The position numbers and the translations under genes were made by a program. From Octopus vulgaris (lineage: Eukaryota): a DNA stretch of 64,000 nt. Shown here in pieces: positions 1-15,244 of the stretch. The number at the start of each line of letters is the position of its first letter. The first letter of the stretch is position 1. The stretch is from assembly GCA_951406725.2 (NCBI GenBank), contig OX597815.1, positions 86,862,001 to 86,926,000 of the forward strand. Direction: 5' to 3'. A model generated the notes under the pieces. That model saw only the letters and a list, made by a program, of their open reading frames with translations, searched no databases and had not been told where the DNA came from.

Positions 1-293
1 TTCTTAAATACATTAAGCGATCCAAATGGCCACATAGTAGTTCCTCAAGGTTTGAAGCCAAAGTGATTTTGATAGCAAATCCCACTCCTGATTCTCTCTT
101 ATAGGTCTCCTCTCTACCGCTCCAAAAGAAAATGATTCTCATTTCCATGAATTCTTGTTTCGGCTAACACTACAATATCCATATCATATCGCTGTAACTC
201 TTTTGCAACAAGCGCGGATCTTCTCTCCTGACGATATTTCAGACAATCATTGTCTAATAACGTTCGAAAATTCTAACATCCGATATTCATAGG
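1..293 (-). mobile_element. RTE-clade LINE fragment (APE endonuclease N-terminus), degenerate, runs off window edge
   Basis: Manual minus-strand translation gives MNIGC*NFRTLLD...RQERRSALVAKELQRYDMDIVVLAETR...FFWSGREE...RESGVGFAIK...DRLMYLR. This matches the RTE/BovB endonuclease pattern (WNVRTL, RPERRTALVA.EL.RY..DI..LSETR, FFWSG, GVGFAI) with a stop and a frameshift. Confidence 0.85.
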
Positions 294-1110
294 CTTGCAT
301 CTTAAACCTGAAATATTATTCAAAAATTGTAGTTTTGTAAAGATATTAGACACATCGAAATGTATCAAATTTAATCAGTTTCTATCATACGACTGCATAA
401 TTTGCTTCAGACATCATTAGAATGTTCTTTGCTTATACCCCGAATATAGACTTTACAGTATTTCAGCTATATAACCGTCCTGTAATTGTTAAAATCGCAA
501 ATATATGAAATGATCGTTTGGCATGTTCTCTTTACATTGACCCTAATACTAAATATATTTGGATTAAAATGTGTGACGTAATTATTAGTTGCTAATACTT
601 TTTGCGAATGAAGTATAGATAATCATAAAATGCTTATGTATATCTTTAAATAAATTTCGTCCTACAAGTTTTGTTGAACTAAAATTTAGTGTATGGGAAA
701 ATGTTTTATTCATAAGTGGTTTCTATTGATAAGGCACAAGCTTTTGTTCTGATAGACTATGCAGTTTATTGACTTCAATAAAATATAGTTAATAATTTAT
801 GAATCCCTGAACGAATTAATTAAAACATTAAAACCTTTCCGAGACTGCATACTGCTTCTGGAAATTGGCTGTGTATAAATCATTCCCAGGGTTAATAGAG
901 TTTGTCTCTTTAAAAGATGGTATGATTGCATGGTTAAAACGTTCGCTTCGTAAACATGTGAACATGGATTGGGTCCTATTGCGCAGGTCTTTTTCTTTAA
1001 TATATGCATATAATAGGAGGGGGGGGTTTGTTGCGCCGAAATCATTGGGTGTCTGTGCAAATACATACAGACTCACACGGACACACATGGGTACAATATA
1101 TGAAAAATCT

Positions 1111-1420
1111 GGTACTCCGTTTGTTACGACGATGAGGGTTCCAGTTGATCCGATCAAAGAAACATCCTGCGCGTGAAATTAATGTGTATGTGACTGAGCA
1201 CTTCACAGACACGTGTGCCCTTAACTAGTTCTCAGGGAGATTCAGTGTGACACAGAGTGTGACAAAGCTGGTCCTTTCAAATACAGGTACTACTCATTTT
1301 TGCCAGCTGAGTGGACTGGAGCAACATGAAATAAAGTGTCTTGCTCAAGGACAGAATGCGACGGTGGGAATCGAACTCACGTGAACCGAATACCCTAACC
1401 ACTAAGTTACGCACCTTCAC
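1111..1420 (-). mobile_element. tRNA-derived SINE (head type H1 + tail type T1)
   Basis: Minus strand shows A-box-like TAGTGGTTAGG and B-box GTTCGATTCC. The 3' half is shared with the copy at 33783-34160 and the 5' half with 42029-42366. Confidence 0.8.
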
Positions 1421-1477
1421 GATATATATATCATATAAATAATGTATATATATATATTATATAATTATCTGTATACT

Positions 1478-1670
1478 CTCTCTTTACTTGTTTCAGTCAT
1501 TTTTGACTGTGACCACGCTTGAGCACCGCCTTTAGTCGAGCAAATCGACCCCGGGACTCATTCTTTGTAAGGCTAGTACTTATTCTATCGGTTCTTTTGC
1601 CGGAGACGTATACACACCAGCATCGGTTGTCAAGCGATGTTGGGGGACAAACACAGACACACAAACACAT

Positions 1671-1707
<37 letters not shown>

Positions 1708-1871
1708 CGACGGGCTTCTTTCAGTTTCTGTCCACCAAATCCACTCACAAGGCTTTGGTCGACCCGAGGCTACAGTAGAAGTCACTAGCCCAAGATGCCA
1801 CGCAGTGAGACTGGACCCGGAACCATATGATTCGTAAGCAAGTTACTTACCGCATAACCACTCCTACGCCT
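1478..1871 (-). mobile_element. tRNA-derived SINE with internal (TA)n/(TG)n tract and LINE-like 3' tail
   Basis: Homologous to 5913-6290 and 8281-8680. Ends in GGCGGTGCTCAAGCGTGGTCACAGTCAAAAATGACTGAAACAAGTAAAGAG. Confidence 0.85.
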
Positions 1872-3109
1872 ATATACATACACGACAGTCTAGGTCATTA
1901 TGGGGAAAAGTGTAATTTCAGAACAGACACAAAATCAAAGGTTGATATTTTGAATGCATTTAATACATTTAAGATAACCCTTGTATAAAATATATTCTGC
2001 TAACATTTCAAAATATACTGAAGAGGTTATGTTATATCAGGATTATCTTAAATAATTTCTTTATACATGTGTTTTATATGTATTCAAAGTTTCGACCTTG
2101 CCAAGCTTGTTCTTCAATGAAAATGTCTATCTCTCGCCCGCAGACATACAGTGCCCATTGGCACTCGCAAATGGGTAAGGATCGGTAACATGTATCGTGC
2201 TATTGCAAACTGTTTTGCGTACCCCTGTAGATGCAAACAGAGTTGACCACCTTTTGGGCATCCTACCCTTTACCTAACGGAACAAAAAAAATAGTAACGT
2301 CTAAATTTCCTTTTACCAAGACTGGTTTGAGGCTTGCAACAACAATAGCAATAGTTTCCATTACATAGTTTCTATTGATAACAAACTGAAGTAACAGAAA
2401 TACTAAAAGAACTTATGACCTTCAGCTGAAGCATTCAATATTTTATCTTCTCTTTGTATGTCCTTGCAGAAATAAATGTAATCAATGAAATTTCTTCGTT
2501 AGCACACACGTAAATTAACTTTCAAAAAAAATCCTTCATAAATATTCATTCTACTTTTCAACAATTCTTCAGGAATAACATATTAAGATAAAGCGAAAAT
2601 CACGTGTTGGTTTTTGAGAATATAAAATATTCTGTTTTCTATTTTAGACGATTACAGAATTCAGTTTTTTTTTCCTTTCATTGATTTATAGCATTCATAA
2701 ATCATAATTGAATACGTAAATATTGGTGAATATTATAATTCTGAATACTTAAATTATCGTTATTAAGGGCATATGGTCTGTGACATTGTGTCCATCAATA
2801 CAATTCATGACCATTATGATTCATGGCTCATTACAAAAGGGTTACTGGTCCTGATATTTCTATTAACGATGGTTATGGTACACTAAAATCTTATCGGAAT
2901 GATTGCTCTCATTTCATTCGCTCGAGAGCTGGCTTTTATCGGGGTTGAATGATCAAGACAAATTTTGTGGCCCGTGAAAGAGGAACCGATTCTAGCTGAC
3001 TTTATATTATTAACTCTCAGAATTATCGTTGAGCTCTACATTCTAAGTGGCATGACATAGCTTCTTTTGAACTTGTCACCACCTGGAACATGTGTGCGTG
3101 TATGCGTGC

Positions 3110-3170
<61 letters not shown>

Positions 3171-3390
3171 TGTGTGCGTGCGCGCGTGTGTGTGTGTGTG
3201 TGTGCATCCCATGAGAAAAGAAAATATAGATTAGGTAAAAAGAAAGCAATAATAGTTTCCGATATGTTAGGTTGCTAATCTTTAAGGCGTACTTTGAAAA
3301 GCCTATTACAGAAAAACACGTACTTCTGTCAGTATGGTATATGTCTTACATGATACATATGTACGTATGAGAGCGTGCGTGTGTGTCAAT

Positions 3391-3455
<65 letters not shown>

Positions 3456-3754
3456 CATGTGCGTGTGTACGTGCATGCATGTATCTTCGTGTCTCCTTCG
3501 TCTTGACATCACTTGGTAGTGTCGCTGTTAAAAGACAGTGTCATTCATTTCTAAGACTGAAACATGTCTGGCAAAGGGGAATTATTACCTTGCTTGGAAA
3601 CAGAGAATGGTTGGCGACAGGAATGGTAGCCTACCGAAGAAAATCTACCTAGGTACACTCCGTCTATCGCATGCAAGCATGGAAAAAATCACGTGATCGT
3701 GAACATTTAAACGATTATAATGCTTATATATATATATGTGTGTGTGTGTGTATC

Positions 3755-4873
3755 TTCTATTTTTAATTATTATAAATCTTCCACTGAGGAGGGAACCGGT
3801 TTCCAACAAAGATACAAGTCTCCATCTTTGGGATGTAATTAACACAGACAAATTCACATTAGGAACTTGAGAATAGTCTTGCATATTTTTACTGTTCCAT
3901 TCACAAATTGCACTTGTAATGTACGAATGAGCCGGTCGATTTCTCTTTCTGAAAATCCCAATTTATCGTGATTCTCCTTTAAGCATTTACTAACAAAACC
4001 TAGTGCTCCAACTATTATTGATATGAATATGAATTCATAGTCTGGATATAGAAGCTGGGAGTTTCGAAGAAGCTGTCCATGGATATCCTCCTTTTCTCTG
4101 ATTTTCAAAGTGACATTTATATCTGCAGGGCAGCTAACCTATATAATGGTACATACCTTTGCTCCTCTGTCCCAAACAACAATATCCGGCCTCTGGTGCT
4201 TACATTTGACAGTTGTTTTGATGAGAATATTCCACCAGTATTACTTGAGTTGGTGTTTATGAATGTATTCCATAACAGATGGATTTTCTAAGTTTATTTC
4301 AGGACAGTCTTTTTTGCGGATGGCATTGTAAATTGTTTAGCAACAACATCGTACCGCATAGGGAGGTAGTAACGTGACGGCATTTTAGGACAGCTGCTAA
4401 TCACATGCGTTATGACTTCCACAGAAACATGACAGCCTACATATGCAGTTGGACCTTGGGATTACAAGAGTGTCACTATCCCTCGTATTCACCAGGTACT
4501 TTGTGGCAATCTCCTGTTCCTGGATTGCAAACGCATAGCCTTCAAGGTGTGATGAGATGTAGTGGACTTACGTCCAAAAGAGACTGCACTTCGTGTCAAT
4601 TCTATTGTCTTCTTCAAGCTTCTGCGCAACATACCCATGCATGGCCTTGTTTTTGTAGGTTGAGCGCTTTCCATCCAGGTCTTCTCGGAAGTAAGAGAGC
4701 CCAGGTGTTCTGAGGTGGTATAGGAGATCATCAGGAAGGGAGGGTTTCTTGAGAAGCTCACTGCCAACTCGTACAATGTTGTTCACTTTTCAGGACTGCA
4801 TTAATATATTTATTTTTGCTGCTGTTGTTTACCAGGTCTGAGTGATACCATTACGGTATTCGAAAGCCGCCTG
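3755..4873 (-). mobile_element. 5'-truncated R4/Dong-like non-LTR retrotransposon (zinc knuckle + restriction-like endonuclease), degenerate
   Basis: Minus-strand fragments: YKNKAMHGY, EGYAFAIQEQEIATKY, THVISSCPKM..RYYLPMRYDVVAK, PDIVVWD, SCPADINV..KIREKEDIHGQL, IIVGALG, GTVKICKTILKF*. These are typical C-terminal motifs of REL-encoding R4 clade elements. Confidence 0.85.
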
Positions 4874-5004
4874 CACTGAGTGAACTGGAGCAACGTGAAA
4901 TGAAGTGTTTTACTCAAGTACACAACATGTGGCCTTGTCCAGGAATTGAAACCACAATCTTACGATCATCAGTCCAATACCCTAACCACTAAGCCACGCA
5001 CCTA

Positions 5005-5007
<3 letters not shown>
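4874..5007 (-). mobile_element. tRNA-derived SINE 5' head (H1) abutting the R4/Dong fragment
   Basis: GTGGCTTAGTGGTTAGGG A-box and GTTTCAATTCC B-box on the minus strand. Similar to 1290-1420. Confidence 0.75.
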
Positions 5008-5043
<36 letters not shown>

Positions 5044-5676
5044 GAGATAGGGGTGAGAGGAGACTAATGTGTGTGTGAAAGTGGAAGTGGTAACAACCAA
5101 CGAAATAACTGAAATTAAATGTTTTGGAAAGGAAATCCTAATTTTGTCTATTGTTGGCTTTCAAAGAACTTACTTGAGAGGTTAACTTATTTTTGATTAA
5201 GTAGGAGAAGACCATGCAATTTTAGAGAATGGAGATTAATTTGTCTCCTTCATATATTTGAAAAACTCGGTAGATACATCTTGGAATCGGAATTAGGTAG
5301 AAAACTTCGCTCCTGAAGGAATTACCATCTCACTACAACACTTACATTATCGAAATATGGTACTCTCAACTCAAGCGAAATAATAAATAAATTATGTTCA
5401 AAGATAAAGGTAACAACGTATCATACATGATATTTTGTATAAAAGTACTCCAACAGCCACTCATATGATACAAAAGCGGTCTAATTACTTGGCAGTGTTT
5501 AGCAAGGCAGACACGCACACACACACACGCATATTTTTATATATGCTTACACACACACACATATATAATCCATGTATATATCTTGATATAGATATAATGT
5601 GTATATATGTATATATATATACATATATGCATGTATGTATGTATTATGTGTGTGTATATATATATGGTGTCCTGTA

Positions 5677-5716
<40 letters not shown>

Positions 5717-5847
5717 TGTATATATACATGTAGATGTATGTACGTACATACATGTATGTATGTATGCATATATTTTATTTATTAAATTATTGTATGACTG
5801 AGCGCCCTCGCGTCGTTTCGTTTCGTTTCTTTTCTTTTCTCCAAGTA

Positions 5848-6290
<443 letters not shown>

Positions 6291-6473
6291 ATAATATATA
6301 TATAATTTATGTATGTATACCTATATAGATAGAATGTGTGTATATTTATACATATATATGTGTGCGTATATGGATATACATACACACACACATATATATG
6401 TACATATTCACACATAAGTATATATATACATATATATACATATATATACATATATATATATACATATATATAC

Positions 6474-6529
<56 letters not shown>

Positions 6530-8280
6530 TATGTATTAATACATACACACACATATACATCAATAAAATTAGAAGTGTGTATCTATATCTCTGTTTGTTT
6601 GTTTCCCTAAGGTGATAACTCTGATCTTATTGAATTTATCACCTCTGGTTGGAATATACTAATTAAATTGGCAACTATCAAATATCAGGTAATGTTAGAA
6701 ATACACTTTTGCCACTTTCGTGATATTACGATATATCTTTAAGTGATTCATGCTAAACGGCATCATTTTTATTGATGAAGTATATTTAATAGCAAGTGGG
6801 TAAAACAAAAATTAATTTAATTAATTCAATTTTGGTTTTAATTTGAGAAATATATATATATTGAAAATTATTTCGTATAAACAGCATGAAATTCAAAAAG
6901 AGTGAAACTGTAATGATTGTACCTATGTGCAATCGTTATATAGTAAAAAATATATAGCTGTCATTAACATCACATAATGGGTAGCACTCTAGTAGACATG
7001 CATATACACAAGTACATATACCATTTACCAGTCGGTCTGTGTGTCTGTCTGTGTGTCTGTTTGTTTGTGTGTCTGTCTTCTGTTTGTTCATCAATCCATT
7101 CATGCTGCTTCTCTCTTTCTCTCTCTCACTCTCTCTTTCTCTCTTTTTCTCTCTCTCTCTCTCTCTCTTTCTCTTTCTCCCTGGAGACAACTAAGACTTA
7201 TAACCATCCACTCGACGTTTACAGTAGAATCAAATATATTTAACGCAGATGTTGATCAGTGTCATCCCTGTTGTGAAATAAATAGTTTATCTTTATTCTA
7301 TTTTAAGACCTCGCCTGGAAGGAAGAATGTCTGCAAACGGACTTCGTATGGAATAAATTATTCCAGCTTAACACTACTAATCATAAAGTTAAATAAGTTG
7401 TTAAGAGATTTTCTTCTTTTATATGTGAACAAACTAATTGGTGAGTCGAGACATCACACAGTGAGATTTGAAATGACAATAAGATTAAATTGGTACGGAA
7501 GAATTTGATGGCGGGACGAAAAATAACAGCGAGTTCATTTATTTCTTCTTTATAATTAATCTCACACACTAGTAAAGCTAATTCTTTTAATAGTACAGTT
7601 AGACTTCAGGCGGCTTAGTACCTTTTAAGAAGAGAAAGAATTGGGTGGGGTATTCTCTTTTCCTACAAAGCAGAAGAAAGTGAAGAGATTGAATGTGTTT
7701 GTTGAAATGTTTGGCAATTCTGAAGTTTGTCAAAAATCCAAGTCATTATACATGCAGATGCTCTGTTTGAACGCAATGGCTATAGTTGTATTTCATTTTC
7801 CTCGTGTTTTTCGTTTCCTCGTTATCATTATCACCATTTTCTGTGTCATAGTTTTTACTGCACTCATCATTATAACTGCTATTTTCATCAACATTGTTAA
7901 CACTATCACTACTGTCTACCTAATCCTCATACATCATTCACATTGACATCTTGAAATTTACATTCTAACTGTAAAATATCTTGATAAAATTTTTCACAAT
8001 ATTCGCTAGAATACAAACGATCTTGAACGAAGAAATTGGAATTGTTGTTTGCAATCATAATTTCATAACTTAAGTATTGATTTGTGTACCAATGTGTGGG
8101 TATCAATGTGTTTTTTCATTGAGCTGTAAATTCTTGGGGGAGAATTCATGCCGGTTGCAGTTCTACAGATTTGCGAATATGTGAAGGAGTTTGTGAATGC
8201 ATGTGCTTGAGCATATGTAGATATACTTGCACTCAGGTTATGGACTAACATGTATGTTTAGTACACAAATATATACGATT

Positions 8281-8680
8281 ACTCTTTATCTTTTTACTTG
8301 TTTCAGTCATTTGATTGCGACTATGCTGGAGCACCGCCTTTAGTCGAACAAATCAACCCCAGGACTTATGACTTATTCTTTGTAAGCCTAATACTTATTC
8401 TATCGGTCTCTTTTGCCGAAAAGCAAAGTTACGGGGACATAAACACACCAGCATCGGTGCCAAGCGATGATAGGGGGCAAACACAGACACACAAATACAT
8501 ACATATATATATATACGACGGGCTTCATTCAGTGTCTGTCTACGAAATCTACTCACAAGGCTTTGGTCGGCCCGGGGCTATAGTTGAAGGCACTTGCCCA
8601 ACGTCTCACGCAGTAGGAATGAATCCGGAACCATGTGGTTGGTAAGCGAGCTTCTTATTACACAGCCACTACTGCTCCTC
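8281..8680 (-). mobile_element. SINE, same family as 1478-1871
   Basis: Colinear with 1478-1871 over ~400 bp. Confidence 0.85.
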
Positions 8681-8722
8681 TTTATGAATATGTTTATACC
8701 ATATGCATATACATTATGTGTT

Positions 8723-8789
<67 letters not shown>

Positions 8790-10552
8790 GCGTGCGTGTG
8801 CGCGCGCGTGTATTTATCCAGAAAACCCAAAATGAAGACCATTTGGAATATTTTACAAGCCTTTACTGTTCTAATAATTGGTTCGGTTCGGAAGATACAA
8901 GTCAGCTTCATATGTTTAATTTTCATGTTTGCTTTTCTTTTCAAAACTCAGCAGTTTTAGATACTTAAGCAAGTCTTGTTACATATCCCAGTGCTTAATA
9001 AAAGTAAGTACAAAAGGAAAACCTTATAGGTGGAGCTATAAGTTCCGCATTGTTCACCCTTCCACAACTTTATACGCGATATTTCTATCCTCTGGGCAAT
9101 TGACCTCTCCAGGGCTGTATGGATTTTATTCCGTCTCAACAGCTGTATCGAATCTGCTGTAGCATTAGATTGTGTTTTTATTGCTTAATTTTAAAAGTTT
9201 ATTCCTTGTTTTTCTTTTAATCTGTGAATACATTCTGGTTTTGGTATACCCTTGTTATGACACTTTGAGCAATTCTTCTTGGGAATAGTATTATAAATAG
9301 TTTAAACAACAATTTCAAGTTTCATGGAACGGCAGGTACTTTGCATACATTTTTAACAATAGCTGATGATGCGGCAGATACCTTCCATACTTCTGCATAG
9401 CTAGTGTACAATCGACATTTTCTGGCGCAACGTCGGGATATTTAGTAGTCACCTCCTACATAGGATAGCAGAGATGTATCCCTCTAAACAGGATGTAATG
9501 TGTCTATTATGGGTCCAAGAAATATACTTTCTCACACAATGGTCTTCATATCCTATTGACTTGTGTTACAACCTTCCTTTCATATAGTATCTTCTTGGTG
9601 TAAATAGTGCTGATCAACTCAAATCTGACTAAGAGCTGTATTTTGGAGTCTTTGTATCATTTACTAGTTTCTATTCGTTCACAAGTTTGTCCGTATAATG
9701 ACAGCAGACGTATTTCTGTGTTTTATTATCGATTTTGTTAAAATCATAATTCCTGCTTCAACCATCTTCTACAGTAGGGAATTCATACTGTAAATGTGAA
9801 GTGATGGGATATTTTACATCTCATTTGAGAATTGTATAGATCTTGATCAATTCAATTAGAATTTCTTTTGACGATTCTGCAACCTGAGTTGGCTAATACC
9901 AGTTTCTCGACTTTCTATGATCTTTTCGAAGCAGTGAGATGCGTATAGTTTTGCCTGTTTAATTCCATACTCTTTTCAAAAAAGAAAAGGCGGTGGTACT
10001 CTGCTTTTATCTAAAGACTTTGACCATTATTTTGATTTTATACCAGGCATGAATTAATGGCAAGCAGTTAGTCTTCTTTACACGAAAGATATGATTAAAC
10101 ACCTCCGCCGCTATGCCCTTGTGATTTACTGTTTTGTCATGTATACAAAACAGCATATGTAAGTATATAACAAGCAGTAAATCTATCTGCACGTGGCAAT
10201 GTGTGGAAAAACATCGATACGTGTGTTCACAGATAGTTAAGTATAGATGCGCAGATATGGTTGTGTGGTTTCACATATTCGAGGACTCCATTTCAACCCC
10301 AACACGTTGGTAATTTGGGCAACTCTCTTCTACATTAGCCGTGTTTGACCAATTCATGATGAGTGGAATTTGGTAGATGGAAACACTGTGTGCGTGTGTG
10401 TGTGTGTGTGTTTGTATGTATACATGTGTATATGAATGGCTTAGGTGTCTCTATGTATATATATGTACAGATAAATGTACTATTATGTCTATGTGTAGTT
10501 GCGTATTGTGTGTGTGCATGCGGTGTGATCATGTGCATGCGTCACTTTGTGT

Positions 10553-10887
<335 letters not shown>

Positions 10888-11535
10888 TTATAGACCATTA
10901 TGGACATAAGTAGATAAGTATGTAAATAGCTTGAACTAGCCTGTTTAGTTGTGTAGGCTGTATTTTTTTTATCGGTTTGATTTATTGATTTGGCTGATAA
11001 CTTACTTTTGAGTGAAAGAACACCAAGTCGTCAATAGCTGTGTGTATGTGTTTGTATTTAACACAGCAACGCCACATTTTTATAACCACATACTCCATAG
11101 GGAGTGGTAGTGTATATCCTATGGCTGAACTATATCATGGGTTTGAAATGAGAGCCAAGTCTCTATTGTTTTAATTTTGGCTGTATTAGTATAAAAGAAC
11201 AAAGGCGAAATAGCAAAGTGGGAAAAGTATCATACAATCGATCTACGAATCTGGAATTGATATTTTATTCATTTCAGATATTTTGTTATGTGTCTCGTCA
11301 TTTGTTTGTGCTCTCAACATATATCTGGTCTTTTGTGAACTGAGATAGCAGACGTGTACCTCCATTGCCTCAGTTTACCTAAATTTATGGTATAGCTTAT
11401 TGTTGTTGTTAATCACCAGGCTATCCCTCACCGAATAACGTTTTTTCAAAGGCGTTACAATCATGGATCTCTTGAGATATTTTGCTATAGTTGTATCTGA
11501 GACTACATCATAAATGTGCCCTCTGTTTCAGACTT

Positions 11536-11742
11536 CGATGGGGTGCTGAAAAGTTCCTGGCTTTAAGGGAATCACGAAAGGCATGGTTGGAGGCCCAACT
11601 GTCCGACATCTTTCACAAGGCTTACAAAAACTAAAGGACCGCTGCAATAAGTATGTGAATCTGAAGGGGAATAAAATCATAATTGACTGATACTCCTGTA
11701 TTTTCTTTTACTCAAAGCCAGGAACTTTTCAGTAGCCCCTCG
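11536..11742. mobile_element. Mariner-type MITE (~207 bp)
   Basis: Terminal inverted repeats CGATGGGGTGCTGAAAAGTTCCTGGCTTT / AAAGCCAGGAACTTTTCAGTAGCCCCTCG followed by TA. A second right-TIR remnant lies near 19736-19765. Confidence 0.8.
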
Positions 11743-11852
11743 TATGATTTCATTTGTGGAAGATTTGATTACTTTTTCTAGCGTGTTGAATGACCATGAC
11801 ATTACATCGTATTCACTGGCACATTTATATGCCATTGGCATGTTGCTTTGCA

Positions 11853-12028
11853 GAAATTGATATTTTTTCTCTATTGGGAACCTTAGATATGATTAAACAC
11901 CTCCGCCGCTTGTGATTTACTGTTTTGTCATGTATACAAAACAGCATATGTAAGTATATAACAAGCAGTAAATCTATCTGCACGTGGCAATGTGTGGAAA
12001 TTAATATTTTTCTCTATTGGGAACCTTA
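11853..12028 (+). repeat. Copy of 10087-10209 inserted between ~32-bp direct repeats
   Basis: 11885-12000 equals 10087-10209 minus 7 nt. The flanks 11853-11885 and 11997-12028 are near-identical. Confidence 0.9.
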
Positions 12029-13486
12029 TGTAACATATTACAGCAACGATGATCAGCTGAAGTTACTAGAGGTGTACTGAATTTTAAAAGATCGCCAGTT
12101 ATTAACATAGTATTACGTCCTAAATGTCATTAACAACTTCATCTTCTGTTAAGAGCTAGACATGGCTATATCATTAAGAAACTCACTCTGCAATACCGCT
12201 GTTTCTGTTTACTTTTTTTGTAAGCTTCTACTATAGCCCGGACCGAACAACGCATTGTGAGTGAAATATCATTGATGGGAATTTTGGAAAATCGATTAAA
12301 CACTTATTCCAGTCCCCGGATCTTTGACATAATCGATTGTTCAGTTTAACAACTGCATCTGATCCTCGAATGATCAGTAGCATAGTACAAGCATTCGGGC
12401 TAGATTAACGTTCTGAGAATATCTTCCCATTTGGATAAGGGGTCTTGTAAAAGTGTTTTGACCTCTACTCTTTCACATCTGACAAAGCCATATAAATACA
12501 AAGATAAAACATTTTATGCAGTGTTTGATTGTGTTTGTTTTGTGTCCTTTGTTGTTTGTCGTTTCTCTGGAAAGGTTCTTCATTTAATGAAAAATCACAA
12601 AACGGAGACTATGATCTCAGAAATAAATTTATGATAAGAAAATAAATGTCTTTAATTGTAGTTATATAAGGTTTTGACTTTCTCTGAAAGGTGCAGTAGG
12701 CCATCCCAATAAAAATAGCTGCCAGTTCTCTCTCAAAGCATAGCTTTTGTCGTAAAAAATAAAGAGCGATATATAAACACAAAATGCTGGATAGTCACGA
12801 CAGAGAAGTCTCTCAATATAGGTCTACTCAGCCTGGCTTGTATTTAAGCAACAACTTAAAATTAAGTAATCTCGTTTGTGGAGTGTCTGTCCGTCCAGTG
12901 AAAATTTGCTGAAGGGGTATTGAGCTTGTATGTGTTCATAAAAAGTGTGTATACTATGCAAGTTAAGAATTTGAATTTGAATGTGCAGTGTTTCGATATT
13001 TGTGGCGCTGTTAATTATCAGTGCATTTTTAGATCACTTTCCGTATATTCCATTCTGAAGAAATTAATGCCCATAAAAGAAGAAATTAACGTAATGCGTA
13101 CTCATTAGCTTCCCATAGACAGCTGATTACGTCTAAGTAAGAAATTAATATAAATAATTGAGAGAATGACGTAAAATGAGATTTTAACAAATTCACTGGA
13201 AGGTGCCTGTGTCTGTATTTTATTGGTTCTTTTTTTTTTATATTTTTGTTGTTAATTCATCCTAGATTTTCAACATCATGTCTTCTATTCGACGAAGTAT
13301 GTCTAGGATTATATTATCCAATGTGTTTCTACTGTTACAGTTTCATTCACGTCTAAGGTACTACGTAAAAATATCATATCTACCTCTATTTTCTGAAGAC
13401 GATCAGACGTGATTTGAAAGAGATTTCGCTACTATCTCTAGCAAGTCGAGCGACCACACAAGGGCTCCCGCCTTCTCTCTTTTTCG

Positions 13487-13528
<42 letters not shown>

Positions 13529-13859
13529 TTGTGGCTTTCAGATGTTCTCTTTATTTAGGAATTCGCATTTACGTATGTGATTAACATGACATCAACAGTA
13601 CTGCAGGTGTTTTTAGAATAGTCATCCTCAGTAGTAGCTAATATTTTTTCCAAATGTTGCAATTATTCCAAATGTTCCTTTGCTGAAAGTACGCGTCGTA
13701 CTACAAGTCACTGTTTACAAGCCTCTCGTTAAAGGAGTTATTTATTTTAGGCACACACTCAATTGCAGTAACTAGTGGTAATTCCGGTCATTTACTTTAA
13801 TTGGAATATTTTGTGTTGTATATATATATATATAAGGAGAGAGAGACAGACTGAAAGAT

Positions 13860-13941
<82 letters not shown>

Positions 13942-13948
13942 CAGACAA

Positions 13949-14047
<99 letters not shown>

Positions 14048-14095
14048 GGCAGACAGGCAGGCAGGCAGGCAGGCAGACAGACAGATAGACAGATA
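13860..14095. repeat. Compound (GATA)n(GACA)n(GGCA)n microsatellite
   Basis: Read directly from the sequence. Confidence 0.95.
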
Positions 14096-14484
14096 GGCGA
14101 ATATACAAATATAAAGGGAAGTTATTTATATAGAGTGAAGGGGTATAGGAAAATACAAAACTACGTAGGTCTGTACGAAGTATGTTCAAGTAGATATATT
14201 GATTGTCTGTGAGGGCATTTAAAATAACCCGCCAACTTGCCGGCCGACACAACATGCTTGAGATTGCAATGTTGTATATAGTCGACATTAAGCTTTCGTC
14301 AAATAATCATCTTATTTAGGTACAAAACTAGAAATTCTAGGGAGAGAGGTTAATCAATTATTTGAAGGTACTTTACACCATCAGCTCGGGGGCGGGGAAG
14401 GAACGGAAAGTAAAATTTACCTCGGCGGGATTTGAGCTCAGAATGAAAATAGCTGGAACAAATACCGCAAATCATTAATAACAT

Positions 14485-15215
14485 GCACCAAGTATGGATT
14501 CACAACATCCGTATGCCGCAAGACGACCTTTACTGGACGATACCTCAACTTCAATTCCCACCATCCATAGAGTGTAAAGAAAGGGATCGCTCAGTGCCTA
14601 AAACATCATGCAAGTAATATAAGTAGCAATCGTGATGCATACCACGAAAAAATGATGAAGCTCAATAACGATCTGTTAAGCAACAACTAACCCAAAAGTA
14701 TACTATCCACGCCAATTATGAAGAAGAGAGAGGATGAGGCCAATAAACTGTCTGCACTTTGTCTACCCTATATGAAAGGCCTCTCCGAAAAGATACAAAA
14801 GATATGCGGCCCATATGACGTCAGGACTGTATTCAACAGTTATACAACACTTCGCAAATATCTCCTTCGAGTAAAACCACCAATATAAGAGAATATGACC
14901 AAAGATTGTGTGTACTCCATCCCATGCAGCTGTGATAGGTTTTACAAAGGTGAAACATGACATCCGCTCAAAGCTGTGACACGAGGAGATATTGATAAAT
15001 CGGGTATAGCTGACCATGTATGGAAAAATGGAGACCACTTCCTCCTGTGGGGTGAAGTTAAAATAATAGACAGAGAACACCACTAGAAAATACGAAAACT
15101 AAAAGATGCTGCACATTTGCTAGGCCACAACAACCTCCTAAGTAGACCGAGTGCAGATATGAGCAGTGTATGGGAACCGGTATTAAGGAAGGATAGAAAA
15201 ATATTAGATTTATAA
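14485..15215 (+). mobile_element. Penelope-like element 3' region (RT C-terminus + GIY-YIG endonuclease), degenerate
   Basis: Plus-strand translation: SVCRKTTFTGRYLNFNSHHP*SVKKGIAQCL...CLPYMKGLSEKIQKI...DCVYSIPCSCDRFYKGET...KSGIADHVW..GDH..WGEVKIIDRE...RKLK. This fits PLE motifs (T.RYL.F.SHHP, LPY..GLSE, VY.IPC.C...YIGET). Confidence 0.88.
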
Positions 15216-15244
15216 GCCCTAAAATTCACTCCATAATTGCCCAC

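Noticed and set aside
797-1176. Three overlapping 89-109-aa ORFs as a possible next HSPA12 exon
   Set aside because: No resemblance to the expected downstream HSPA12 sequence or any family I recognise, and they partly overlap a SINE tail.
8960-9950. Possible old LINE RT remnant on the minus strand (RGI.SLLS-like)
   Set aside because: Only one weak, frameshifted motif, which is not enough to call.
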